NCBI RefSeq assembly: GCF_006345805.1
Contig: NW_021834404.1
Location: 1-48,704 of the forward strand
Length of the DNA stretch: 48,704 nucleotides
Source: Octopus sinensis
Lineage: Eukaryota
Direction: 5' to 3'
The translations under genes and the position numbers were made by a program. Below, one piece after another: positions 12,235-23,910 of the stretch. Positions within the stretch are counted from its first letter, which is position 1; each line of letters starts with the position of its first letter. The notes beneath the pieces were generated by a model, which searched no databases, was not told where the DNA came from, and worked only from the letters and a program-made list of their open reading frames with translations.

Positions 12235-12640
12235 GGAGGAGTGGCTGTGTGGTAAGTAGCTTGTTTACCAGCCACATGGTTCCGGGTTCAGTCCAACTGC
12301 GTGACACCTTGGGCAGGTGTCTTCTACAATAGCCTCGGGCCGACCAAAGCCTTGTGAGTGGATTTGGTAGACGGAAACTGAAAGAAGCCCGTCGTATATA
12401 TGTACATATATATATATATATATATGCGTGTGTGTGTTTGTGTGTCTGTGTTTGTCCCTCTAGCATTGCTTGACAACCGGTGCTGGTGTGTTTACGTTCC
12501 CGTCACTTAGCGGTTCGGCAAAAGAAACCGATAGAATAAGTACTGGGCTTACAAAAGAATAAGTCTCGAGATCGAGTAGCTCGATTAAAGGCGGTGCTCC
12601 AGCATGGCCGCAGTCAAATGGCTGAAACAAGTAAAAGAGA
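12235..12640 (+). mobile_element. Full-length SINE family A
   Basis: Head, body, internal (TA)n(TG)n, tail aaggcggtgctccagcatggccgcagtcaaatggctgaaacaagtaaaaga. Confidence 0.95.
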
Positions 12641-13729
12641 AAATAGTAAAGGGTATACATATTTACACGCAATTGTCTATAGCTCTATCTACTTCGAACG
12701 CCACCGCTAAGGACGAAATATTTCAAGTCTGTCGTAGTTTCTATATTCTTGTATCATTCATTTTTTTTTTATTTCGTTATTCTTCACTTTCATTCCTCTC
12801 CGTCTGTCTTATTTCTTCCATCGTTCCTTCGCTATATTCCTCCGTTTGTTTCCTCATTTCATTAATTCTTATTTTACATCAATTCTTAACAGATAGATAC
12901 AGTTAAAGCAAATCTCTCAAATATTGCTAGGGGAAATACCTCGGGCGAGAGTTCACCTTGTTATATGCAGATACGGCAGTGTAACGCACATACTGTATAG
13001 AACTTTGCAAAAAAAATAAAGAAAATTTGATCAATTGTGATTATCGTAACAATTAACATATAAACACGCCCCACGGGGATGTTTAAACTGTAAAAACAAC
13101 AACCATTGGAAAGAAATTCAAGGAAGCCAACACATCGGAATTTTTGGAAAATATGCACGTTGCAGGATGGAGTGAATTGATTTATCTTTTGATTTCGTCG
13201 GAGAGAAAAGGTGGTGTTCAACATCGATTTACAGGTTAAAAGGCGCCTGAGATTGATAAGAAGAAAGGAAGTTTCCTCAAAATTACAGTGTTGGCCTGAA
13301 GCTTCCAATAGAGTCGACTCTTATATATATATATATATATATAATATACAGTGGGGAAGGGGTGTAACATATGCTATGATTATAAACAGGGTATATTTTA
13401 GCCTTTTCTACGCAGACTGAAAAAAAATGATCATGATGCATAAACTTAATCGATTTCCGAACCTTTTTGGGTTCTCATCAAAGGCGTCTCCATCATTCTC
13501 CAACAGTCTCCAGAGAAACAGGCAGCCAAGCTGTTTATATACTCAACAAAAGCAGCAGTTACTCTATGAAGGGGTCCCTAATTTGCATACAGTTGTTTAA
13601 CACTCTATATCGTATAAATACCACCGGCCTGTTTATATTTTTGACTATTATTAAAATTTTATGTATTGATAAGTCTTCCTTGTTTGTTTTGCAAAATAGT
13701 GGTTTTGTCTCTAATAATATTTTATATAT

Positions 13730-13768
<39 letters not shown>

Positions 13769-13879
13769 TATGTATATATACACAGAACACACACAAATCC
13801 GTAGAGAGAGAGGAGGAGGAGAGACGGAGAGAGAAAGGAGAAACGGGGTTGTTTACTTGGATAGATGCACACTATTGAC

Positions 13880-14100
13880 TGTCTAGTGGTTAGTCTCTTC
13901 TACTCAAAGTCATTGGATCACGGGTTCGATTCACGGCCGAGCGTGCGTTGTGTTTTTGATCAGAAGATATCACTTCATGTTGCTCCATTCCACTCCACAG
14001 GAAATGGGTAACTCTGCGGCGACCAACTAGCCCTCCGATCTAGGACTATCATGGCCTGATCGCATAGTAAGCGTGTGTTGTCATTTGAAAGTTAAAACTA
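13880..14100 (+). mobile_element. tRNA-derived SINE with CORE-like domain (family C variant)
   Basis: gtctagtggttag A box, gggttcgattc B box, cacttcatgttgctccattccactccacaggaaatgggta. Confidence 0.7.
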
Positions 14101-14171
14101 TGCGAAACTCTTTATATATGAATATATACATACATATATGTACATACTTACATATATATGTATATACATAT

Positions 14172-14390
14172 GCATATTATATGGGCACAGGACGTTACAG
14201 AACGTGAACAACATGAAATACGAAAACATGGAATACGAAGTTTTTCTTGCGAACCACGAAAGAAGCAAACGGTAAGCAAGACAAGAAGCAACATAAAGAA
14301 CGACCCTTCATCAGTTGTCGGCTGTTTTTCTACTCTGTATTTCGAGCAATCCACGATGTTCTGTGTCCATTTTTGCATATGTATATACAT
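14172..14390 (-). mobile_element. Unclassified repeat fragment containing CTGATGAAGGG
   Basis: Bounded by (TA/CA)n on both sides; layout resembles 340-470; no complete ribozyme fold. Confidence 0.35.
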
Positions 14391-14502
14391 ATATGTATAT
14401 GTAAGTATGTATATATATATATGTATGTATATATATATATATATATTCATCCTATATTCTACCAATACCACTATCAACACTTACCTCTACCTTGGATTTT
14501 CT

Positions 14503-14763
14503 TTATTTCGCTCTCGCGTCTCATGTTTGATCTTTGACCTCTGGCCGAAATCAGATCGCCATGTTGATTCGTTAGCTACTGCACGCATTTTTTTCTCTCC
14601 TTCTTTCTGTGTTTTTCTCTCTCTGTGTATCTTTCTGTTGAAGAGCGTAGGCTCGAAACGTTAAAGACTTGTTTTATTTATATTTCCTGAGCGCCATACT
14701 AATACAATTGTTCGTTTGTTTTCCACCTGCCTTCGTCTTTTGTTTTTTCATAAAGCTTCCCGT

Positions 14764-14765
<2 letters not shown>
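14503..14765 (+). mobile_element. Penelope-like terminal fragment, copy 1
   Basis: About 98% identical by eye to the reverse complement of 43025-43289; contains a hammerhead-like fold; ends in (TA)n. Confidence 0.75.
14630..14667 (+). ncRNA. Minimal type I hammerhead-like motif with variant CUGUUGA core
   Basis: Stem I tcttt/aaaga, core CTGTTGA plus A, stem II gagc-gtag-gctc, GAAACGTT. Confidence 0.5.
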
Positions 14766-14823
<58 letters not shown>

Positions 14824-14842
14824 ATATATATATAATTATATT

Positions 14843-15231
14843 GGAATGGAAGCACTCCGTCGGTTACGACGACGAGGGTTCCGGTTGATCCGAATCAACG
14901 GAACAGCCTGCTCGTGAAATTAACGTGTAAGTGGCTGAGCACTCCACAGACACGTGTACCATTAACGTAGTTCTCGGGGATATTCAGCGTGACACAGAGA
15001 GTGACAAGGCCGGCCCTTTGAAATACAGGTACAACAGAAACAGGAAGTAAGAGTGAGAGAAAGTTGTGGTGAAAGAGTACAGCAGGGATCACCACCATCC
15101 CCTGCCGGAGCCTCGTGGAGCTTTAGGTGTTTTCGCTCAATAAACACTCACAACGCCCGGTCTGGGAATCGAAACCGCGATCCTATGACCGCGAGTCCGC
15201 TGCCCTAACCACTGGGCCATTGCGCCTCCAC
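14843..15231 (-). mobile_element. Full-length tRNA-derived SINE family D
   Basis: Minus: ggaggcgcaatggcccagtggttagggcagcggactcgcggtcataggatcgcggtttcgattcccagacc (A and B boxes) with a distinct 300-bp body; the head recurs at 36806. Confidence 0.9.
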
Positions 15232-15404
15232 TTATTTATATTATTATATGATCGAAAGCCACGCACCAATTTCCAAGAAAGTTTCATCTACCTATATCTC
15301 TCTCTATATATATATATGTATATATGCATGTATGTATCTATGTATCTATGTATGTATGTATGTTTGTGTGTGTGCGTATGTATGTATCTATGTATGTAGT
15401 ATGT

Positions 15405-15827
15405 ATTCCTAAGCAGATGCTCTATGGAAAACTTGTGAATAGAAGGAGAATCCGGCAGAAACCAAGGTTGCGATTTAAGGACTGTGTCAAGTCCTCATTT
15501 AAGACCTGTGATATGCAGGACACTGACTGGGAGAACAATGCCTGTCATCGTCACAGATGGAGGAAGCAGGTTAAGGAGGGGATAGACACTTTTGAGAGAG
15601 CACGTATCTAGCATGAAGAACTTAAGCGAGCTGCACGAAAGCGCACGGCTCGTATAGTGAATGGGGAAAGTTTGGTCTGCAATGTTTGCAGTCATAGATG
15701 CTTGTCAAGAACAGGGCCCATTAGCCACCAACGGAGCAGCAAATGCAAAATATAAGTTAGTCTTAGAGCGCACAATGTTCCTGAAGGTCGGCAATGGTCT
15801 TCCTCGGTCACGAGTGGACGGCCATCA
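15405..15827 (+). pseudogene. 3' end of an RTE-clade (BovB-like) LINE
   Basis: IPKQMLYGKL...KPRLRFKDCVKSS...W...R.RWR..V.EG, premature TAG at 15609, then CNVCSHRCLSRTGPISHQR zinc-finger-like end, stop at 15753-15755; (TATG)n on both sides. Confidence 0.9.
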
Positions 15828-16229
15828 TGTATGTATGTATGCGTGCATGTATGTATGTATACGAAGATATTTTTGTTACTTGTTCCCATTATTGCACTAC
15901 GGCCATGTTACAGCATTGCTTTGAATAGTTTAGTTGAACGAATCTACCCCAATATGTTTTTTGAAGAGTGGTATTTACTATATAAACATATGTATTATGT
16001 GTGTATTTATTTGTGTGAATATGGATGTATGCATGTATGTAAGTAAGTATGTATGAACCTATTCTTAGTGTGTACGTGTATATAACACACACGCATATTC
16101 AGACACACATACATAGATAGTATATGTATACATGTATACATATATAGCCTCTAATTGTACAGATGCACACAGACACACAGACACACAAACATTTCAACTT
16201 TTGTAACTAATATATTCATCATATATATG

Positions 16230-16330
16230 TAAACATATAAATATATATGTGTGTGTGAATATTTGTGTGTGAGTGTATGTGTGTGTATGTCATTGTGTAT
16301 ATACACACATACACGAAGACAGACAGACAG

Positions 16331-16396
<66 letters not shown>

Positions 16397-16468
16397 TATA
16401 TATATATACATTTATATATATATACATTTTATATATATATATAAATGGATATATATATATAAATGTAT

Positions 16469-16501
<33 letters not shown>

Positions 16502-16524
16502 GCATTTATATATATATATGCATT

Positions 16525-16555
<31 letters not shown>

Positions 16556-16580
16556 TATATATTATATATATATATATGCT
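16230..16580. repeat. (TG)n/(TA)n microsatellite field
   Basis: Direct reading. Confidence 0.95.
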
Positions 16581-17224
16581 TACATTTATACCAAATGACA
16601 TTATTTTCAATAGATGTCTTCGTTGTGTTCCGCTCTTCTCCTTATTTTGATTTTCTTCTTCTCATTTTGTTGATTATTTAAATGGATATTTAATCTAGTA
16701 ATAGGATTTTTGCCATCCACAATAGAAATATCATTTAGATTTGACATTAAAAGAAGAAAAAAAAAAAAATAATAATAATAGAGAGGTAAAAGATAAAATA
16801 AAAAGAAATTCGTTTTATTTCTTTCCTCTCTCATTTTTTTTATTCCTCTTATTCCTCTACGAAGAAGTAGCAAAAAAGAAAAAGAAAACTATATTTCATA
16901 ATTCATATTTTTTCTTCATTTGTGATGAGGTACGGTTATTTATTGTTATATTTCTATTCTTTTTTTGGGTTTTTGATTTGTTATTTTTTTTCAGCTCCGT
17001 TCTTCGCCCTTCGTCGCCATTAATTTTGTTGTTATTTCTGCTACAGTCGCTACTGTTGTTGTTGTTGTTGTTGAGTGTGTGTGTATGTATTTTTCTTTTT
17101 TTACTGTTATCTTTTCTTTTTGTTCTTCTTGCGTATTTCTCATCATTCATCTCGCATTATTGTTGCTGCTGCTGCTGCTACTAGCACTACTACTGCTACT
17201 ATTACTACTACAATAATACTATTA

Positions 17225-17226
17225 TT

Positions 17227-17289
<63 letters not shown>

Positions 17290-17585
17290 GGTAATGGCGT
17301 CATGATTATAATAGTAGTAATAGTCGTATCAATAATGATAATGATAATAATAATAATGGTTATGAATAATAATAATAATAATAATAACAATAATAATAAT
17401 AATAATGAGGATGATGATGATACTAATAATACTAATGATGATGATAATAATAATAATGATAATAATAATAATGATAATTATAATAATAATAATTATAATA
17501 ATAATAATAATGATATTAATAATAATAATAATAGTAAAAATAATATTAATAAAAATAATAATAATAATAATAATAATAGTAATAA

Positions 17586-17620
<35 letters not shown>

Positions 17621-17678
17621 TAATAATAATAATAATAATAATAATATTAATAGTAATAATATTAATAGTAATAATAAC

Positions 17679-17727
<49 letters not shown>

Positions 17728-17790
17728 TAATATTAATAGTAATAATATTAATAGTAATAATAACATATAATAATAATAATAATAATAATA

Positions 17791-17821
<31 letters not shown>

Positions 17822-17872
17822 TAATATAATAATATAATAGTAATAATATTAATAGTAATAATAACAATAATA

Positions 17873-17907
<35 letters not shown>

Positions 17908-17977
17908 TAATAATAATAATAATAATAATAAAATAATAAATTAATAGTAATAATATTAATAGTAATAATAACAATAA

Positions 17978-18044
<67 letters not shown>

Positions 18045-18080
18045 TAATAATAATAGTAAAATATTAATAGTAATAATAAC

Positions 18081-18119
<39 letters not shown>

Positions 18120-18204
18120 TAATAATAATAAATAATAATATAATAATAATATTAATAGTAATAATATAATAGTAATAATAACAATAATAATAATAATAAT
18201 AATA

Positions 18205-18255
<51 letters not shown>

Positions 18256-18280
18256 TATAATAATATAATAGTAATAATAC

Positions 18281-18316
<36 letters not shown>

Positions 18317-18415
18317 TAATAATAATAATAATAATAATTATAATAATATTAATAGTAATAATATTAATAGTAATAATAATAATATAATAATAATAATATA
18401 AATAATAATAATAAT
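17225..18415. repeat. ~1.2-kb (AAT)n field with recurring atattaatagtaataat interruptions
   Basis: Direct reading. Confidence 0.97.
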
Positions 18416-19046
18416 GCTGCCGTTGTCGCTGCTACTGCTAATCCATCAACGATTTCTACTATGATTACTAATACTTTTTTGTACTACGAAGAGGACGAAC
18501 AATACTAAAAACTTTGTTATTGGTTTGGCGATAAAAGCTATGATGATGATGATGATGATGACGACGACGTCGACTGCGATTGCGACTGCACCGCTGACGA
18601 CGAGACGGCAGTGATGATGATAATCGTTCTAAGTATTATATCGTTTCTCGGTTCTCTCATATTTACTAAGCATACCGTTACTTTTCACCACACATTAGAA
18701 GCTAAATACCCCATATCAAACAACCCCAGCCCGTCTACGACAATTAAACACACCGCTTCCTACTACTATTATACATCTACTGCTACTGCTGCTGCTATTA
18801 CTGTTACTGCCAGCGTCTGCACCCCCAAATAATTTGTGTTTAATCACTTCCATATACAGAGTATTCGAGCTAAATTTGACGACTTTATGTCATTTTCTTC
18901 TTTTTCAGAAACAGCTTGCTGTATACATACACAGCCAACAGTGTTAGAAGGCATAAAGCCTGAATTTGTATCTGAGAAAACGTTATCTGGCATGAAGGAC
19001 TCTAAGCCATCTGAATATTGGGAAAGAATTACTCGTATCATGATGA

Positions 19047-19227
19047 GGCGCAGGAGTGGCTGTGTGGTAAGTAGCTTGCTAACCAACCACATGGTTCTGG
19101 ATTCAGTCCCACTGCGTGGCATCTTGGGCAAGTGTCTTCTGCTATAGCCCCGGGCCGACCAATGCCTTGTGAGTGGATTTGGTAGACGGAAACTGAAAGA
19201 AGCCTGTCGTATATATGTATATATATA

Positions 19228-19264
<37 letters not shown>

Positions 19265-19492
19265 GTGTGTGTGTGTGTGTTTGTGTGTCTGTGTTTGTCC
19301 CCCTAGCATTGCTTGACAACCGATGCTGGTGTGTTTACGTCCCTGTCAATTAGCGGTTCGGCAAAAGAGACCGATAGAATAAGTACTGGGCTTACAAAGA
19401 ATAAGTCCCGGGGTCGATTTGCTCGACTAAAAAGGCGGTGCTCCAGCATGACCGCAGTCAAATGACTGAAGCAAGTAAAAGAGTAAAAGAGT
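19047..19492 (+). mobile_element. Full-length SINE family A
   Basis: Same head, body, internal microsatellite and tail as 12235-12640. Confidence 0.95.
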
Positions 19493-19683
19493 ATGATTCG
19501 TGCCGTTATTATGACTGCTACCCTCAATGCTCTATAAAGGCTGTAAGACGTGACATGAGTAGCTTGCAATGCAAGCTATGAGGCTGCAGCCAGCGGTAAG
19601 AGACACATCAGACATTCTGATAAAGCTCACACGTTGGAATTCATCCTCATATAATTGAACATGGCCTTAGACAATTCGGGGAA

Positions 19684-20135
19684 CTATTTGAATCTACTGG
19701 AGACTGTGGTCAAATCTCCGGCTGAAGAAGGTTGCTGTTGGAAGGCCACATGTGTGACATCCGTATTGGACACGATGCCACACCTCTGGAAAGGGTCAAA
19801 AGTAGTTGTAAGAAGCTTTCTATGACTGCAGATGGCTATTTTGATCTACTGCAGACTGTGGTCAAACCCGCAGCTAGAGAGGGTGGTTGTTGGAAGGCCA
19901 CATGTGTGACAGCCGTATTGGAATCCTTGCCATACCTCTGGAAAGGGTCAAAATTAGTTGAAATACGCTCTCTATGATTTCAGAGGGCTATTTGGATCTA
20001 CTGCAGAGTGTGATCAAACCCGCAGCTAGAGAGGGTTGTTGTTGGAATGCCACAAGTGTGACACCCGTATTCGACCCCTTGCCATACTCCTGGAAAGAGT
20101 CAGAAGTAGTTGTAAGAGCCTGTCTACGATTTTAG
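19684..20135. repeat. Three diverged tandem copies of a 152-bp unit
   Basis: ctattt..atctactg.aga.tgtg.tcaaa starts at 19684, 19836 and 19988. Confidence 0.93.
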
Positions 20136-20249
20136 TATCCTAAATATTTCTAGTCTCCAAATTCCTTCGATTGTAATTCCATGTGTGAGATTCGATTTAG
20201 ATACTAACCGCTCTGCCTGCAACAAAAAGCTGGCGGCGAAGATCAAACA

Positions 20250-20250
20250 G

Positions 20251-20298
<48 letters not shown>

Positions 20299-20327
20299 TA
20301 ATAATAATAATAACAATAACAATAACA

Positions 20328-20406
<79 letters not shown>

Positions 20407-20455
20407 TAATAATAATAATGATAACAATAACAACAACAACAACAACAACAACATA
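20250..20455. repeat. (AAT)n/(AAC)n microsatellite
   Basis: Direct reading. Confidence 0.95.
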
Positions 20456-20456
20456 G

Positions 20457-20625
20457 AAAAATATCTTAGGAATGAGAACCCAGGTTGGAAATTTCCTGAA
20501 GACATCTGATGAAGGCTGGAGGGTATATCAGCCGAAACGTTGTGTTAACAACAAACAAGATGAGGACAAATATCCGTCAAATGTAAATAGTGTAAATAAT
20601 GTACATAATTCTTCATCTCTTAAAT
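20457..20625 (+). mobile_element. Penelope-like terminal (pseudo-LTR) fragment
   Basis: Hammerhead fold followed by an AT-rich tail; partial copy at 9145-9204. Confidence 0.75.
20501..20546 (+). ncRNA. Minimal type I hammerhead ribozyme motif
   Basis: Stem I gacat/gtgtt (two G-U), CTGATGA at 20506-20512, extra A, stem II ggctg/cagcc, GAAA at 20534-20537, CGTT with predicted cleavage after 20541. Confidence 0.65.
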
Positions 20626-20633
20626 GTAGAACT

Positions 20634-21153
20634 GTATCAACTCCAGTGTTCGACTGGAACTTATTATTTTATCAACACTGAAAGAAGACAAAGTCGACCC
20701 CGGTGGAGTTTGAAATCTGATCGTAAAACCAGAACAAATACCCTTAAGCATTTTCATTCTTGTTCACCGTGATAACCATTCTGCAACTCGCTACCTACCT
20801 GAGGCAATAACTGAGGCTGGAATTTTTGTGGGGAGCGACCAGTCGATTAGATGGACACCAGTACGCAACTAGTACTTAATTTATCGACTCCGAAAGGATG
20901 AAAGGCAAAGTCGACCTCGGCGGAAATTGAGCTCAGAACGAAAGACAAACGAAATAGCATTTCGCCCGGCACGATAACAATTTTTTTTGTACTCTAGTCA
21001 CAAGGCCCGAAATTTTGTGGGGACAGGGCCCGTCGATTGGATCAACCCCAGTATGCAAAGTCGACCTCGGTGGAGTTTGAACTCAGAACGTAGCGACGGG
21101 CGAAATACCGCTAAGCACTTCGTCCAGCGTGCTAACGATTCTGCAAGCTCGCC
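20634..21153 (-). mobile_element. Cluster of three separate family B SINEs, each with its own head remnant
   Basis: aaagtcgacc(t/c)cgg at about 20690, 20908 and 21057; copies span roughly 20634-20795, 20800-20980 and 20990-21153. Confidence 0.85.
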
Positions 21154-21217
21154 TTTTTGAGGCATTACATAATGTCATCACGAGAGCATTGAGATTGCTT
21201 TGCTTTTGTGTGTGTGT

Positions 21218-21259
<42 letters not shown>

Positions 21260-22230
21260 CTAAAGATAGACGGGAGGAGTTCTGGTGTGGTTTTCTTTCA
21301 TCGTAGATCTTATCGATCAGGGCTCATCTGAAAAGCTAGGCATCAACGAAAAACAAGAATGCATTAAACAATGTAAACTACGAAAATATATGGGTTCGTC
21401 ACGGATGGAAAAGTTTCGGTTATATGTCCCGCCTGGTGCTGAATAAGAACAAAAACACAACCTGTAATCTTTCAAGCATGTCTGTATCGAGTTTGCTATC
21501 ACTTATCTAAAACGATACACGTAATTCATTATTCAAAATAGATCTGTCATACATCGATCACTCACAATTGTCATCAAATATCTGATTCAACATTGTTGTA
21601 TTTATTCAGTTATTATTTTTGGCTTTGTTCCTGTTATTGTTGTTATTGTCTCTGATAATTCTCTATTGTCGTTTCTGTGAACCTTTTACCGAAATACCTA
21701 CTTTATTTCATGAAAATTCGCCATTAAGGTGTTACATAGAGGGGACATACAAGGACAGACAAACATATAAGGTGAAGTAGCTTAAAACATTTTAAAAATT
21801 TACGATATGATGGGAACAAATTTCAACGAAAGTTTACGAATTTAATGTTACATAGTAAGGCAAGGAACCCAGCCATCTGGTTAGAACCTTTACTTCTTGA
21901 TCCGGCCACACTTACCTGGTGCCAAACATACCCTGCTTGCAAGCCACAGGCTTCCGTCTTTTCACAAACATATCTCGTGACAGACACCTCTTCTGCAGCC
22001 TGATCTTACTACCGAGGTGGTAACTAAAAAAGTTAACCAGCCTCTGGCCGGATATAAAGGTACCTGTCACTATACCTTTCGTACGCGTCTTCCATACTGC
22101 TTCTTACCATATATTATACCGTAAACATTCAGGCCCATCTGCGACGAAATATGGCCGTATTTGTGTATGTGTGTGTGTGCACACGCACGCGTGTGTAAGT
22201 GCCTGTATGTATATATATGTATGTTCTTGT

Positions 22231-22400
22231 ATTCTTTTGTTCTTTTATTTGTTTCAGCCATTTGACTGCGGCTATGCTGTAGCACCACCTTTAAACCTAG
22301 TACTTATTTTATTGGCCTCTTTTTGCCGAACCGCTAAGTTACGGCGACGTAAACATACCAGCATCGGTTGTCAAGCGTTGGTGGGCGGACAGATACAGAC

Positions 22401-22477
<77 letters not shown>

Positions 22478-22581
22478 ATATATATATGTACGTATACATA
22501 CAAATATATATATATATATATATGTATGTATACGTACATATATATACGACGGGCTTCTTTCAGTTTCCGTCTACCAAATCC
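22231..22581 (-). mobile_element. SINE family A lacking its head
   Basis: Tail, internal microsatellite and ggatttggtagacggaaactgaaagaagcccgtcg on minus; stops at the LINE fragment. Confidence 0.9.
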
Positions 22582-22587
22582 GACTTC

Positions 22588-22912
22588 CAGCAATTTTCTT
22601 AAAAGGTGGGTGGATGTGGCGAAGATGGTCCGTGTCAACGGGCCTACTTCGAGTATGCGCTTTTGAGTTTCCAAGGCTGAGAGAAAGAAAGACGGGGAGA
22701 AGGCTGTTGCCCTGGTGGTCGTAGTGCTTGTGGAGTTTTCGTGGAGTTTTCATGAGTAGCCCAGAGCTGCTTGTCTCTTTTATGCATTTTTTGTTATATT
22801 TTTTATTGTTATTGATTTTTTACAGGACACTTTATGTAACCCCATTTTGTCCTTCATATTTTGTAATGTGCAATCTTATTTTTGTCGGTCCTTGAGGCTA
22901 ATAAAGAAAGGA
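22588..22912 (+). pseudogene. 3' end of an L1/Tx1-like LINE
   Basis: NFLKRWVDVAKMVRVNGPTSSMRF* (stop 22664-22666), T-rich UTR, AATAAA, then an (ATT)n tail. Clade assignment rests only on the F.K.W C-terminal pattern and UTR style. Confidence 0.6.
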
Positions 22913-22976
22913 TTATTATTATTATTATTATTATTACTTTTTTTTCTTCTTTCAAATTTGCTTCCATTTCTTGCCG

Positions 22977-23026
<50 letters not shown>

Positions 23027-23033
23027 TGAATGA

Positions 23034-23413
23034 TTATCTAATAGTTTAATCTTTAGGGCGATTAGATAGCATTATTGTTATCTTTAAAAGTTAGAAGGCG
23101 GTGTTACGAGCATTATTAGGATTAGTATTTAGAGATTAGATGGCATTACTAGGGTATAACTCAGCAGAACTATCGTTATCACTGGATTATTATTATAATC
23201 CACTGTTTTTAAAATTATAACGGGATTAAATACCAGAAGTATAATCCTGATTATTAGGGGATTACAACGCAAAATTATTAGCATTATCAAAGGATCAGGT
23301 TGGTAGACACGTTATCAGGATTACGGGATTAAATGGCCGGATTATCGTTATTAGATAATTAGGAGAAAATGATTTTATCTTTATTATAGGATTAGATAAC
23401 AGGTTAATAATCC
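23034..23413. promoter_or_regulatory. Dense cluster of TAATCC/GGATTA and WGATAR motifs (candidate enhancer)
   Basis: 11 TAATCC/GGATTA and 9 WGATAR sites counted by hand. Confidence 0.3.
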
Positions 23414-23779
23414 GTATTAAGTATTTACATGCTGGAACTTTTAAGAATATTAAAGCACGTGTCTATAGTATCAATGACTGTTATCTACTTAAATCTTTTT
23501 CTTCCTTTTAATCATTGGACATCGCCCATATTGTAGCACCTCCTTTAGTTTTGTTTTGTCTTGTCCTGCCGTGGTTTGTATTTTATCGTCAATTGCTTCT
23601 ATACTAGCACCAAGATCATTAATCATGTTATCTGCCCTCTTCCATATATTGAAAGGCCAAATTCGCGTTGGGTTATGTCGCTTTAAGTAGTTAGTTAAGG
23701 TGTTTTAGACCGTTTTACACTGATATATATAAGAATGTGACTCTACAAACACTCACATATACGCATATGTATGTGTTTA

Positions 23780-23810
<31 letters not shown>

Positions 23811-23862
23811 ATATATATATATATATATACCCGTATATACTTAAACACATACATATATTATA

Positions 23863-23910
<48 letters not shown>

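Noticed and set aside
12961-13308. 115-aa minus ORF in unique DNA with an acceptor near 13250
   Set aside because: Non-ATG start, no convincing donor, no recognisable motif.
13581-13620. Octamer ATTTGCAT 25 bp upstream of TATAAATA
   Set aside because: Single short motifs are expected by chance in AT-rich DNA, and no snRNA or histone gene follows.
14290-14345. CTGATGAAGGG on minus as a hammerhead
   Set aside because: No correctly placed GAAA, stem III or NUH.
19684-20135. CRISPR-like array or coding repeat
   Set aside because: Whole units are homologous with no unique spacers; the period is not a multiple of 3; the context is eukaryotic.
21910-22030. ACTTACCTGG resembling the U1 snRNA 5' end, or a minus-strand exon YHLGSKIRLQKRCLSRDMFVKRRKPVACKQGMFGT
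   Set aside because: The rest does not match U1. The exon has a good donor but a mediocre acceptor and no supporting neighbours.
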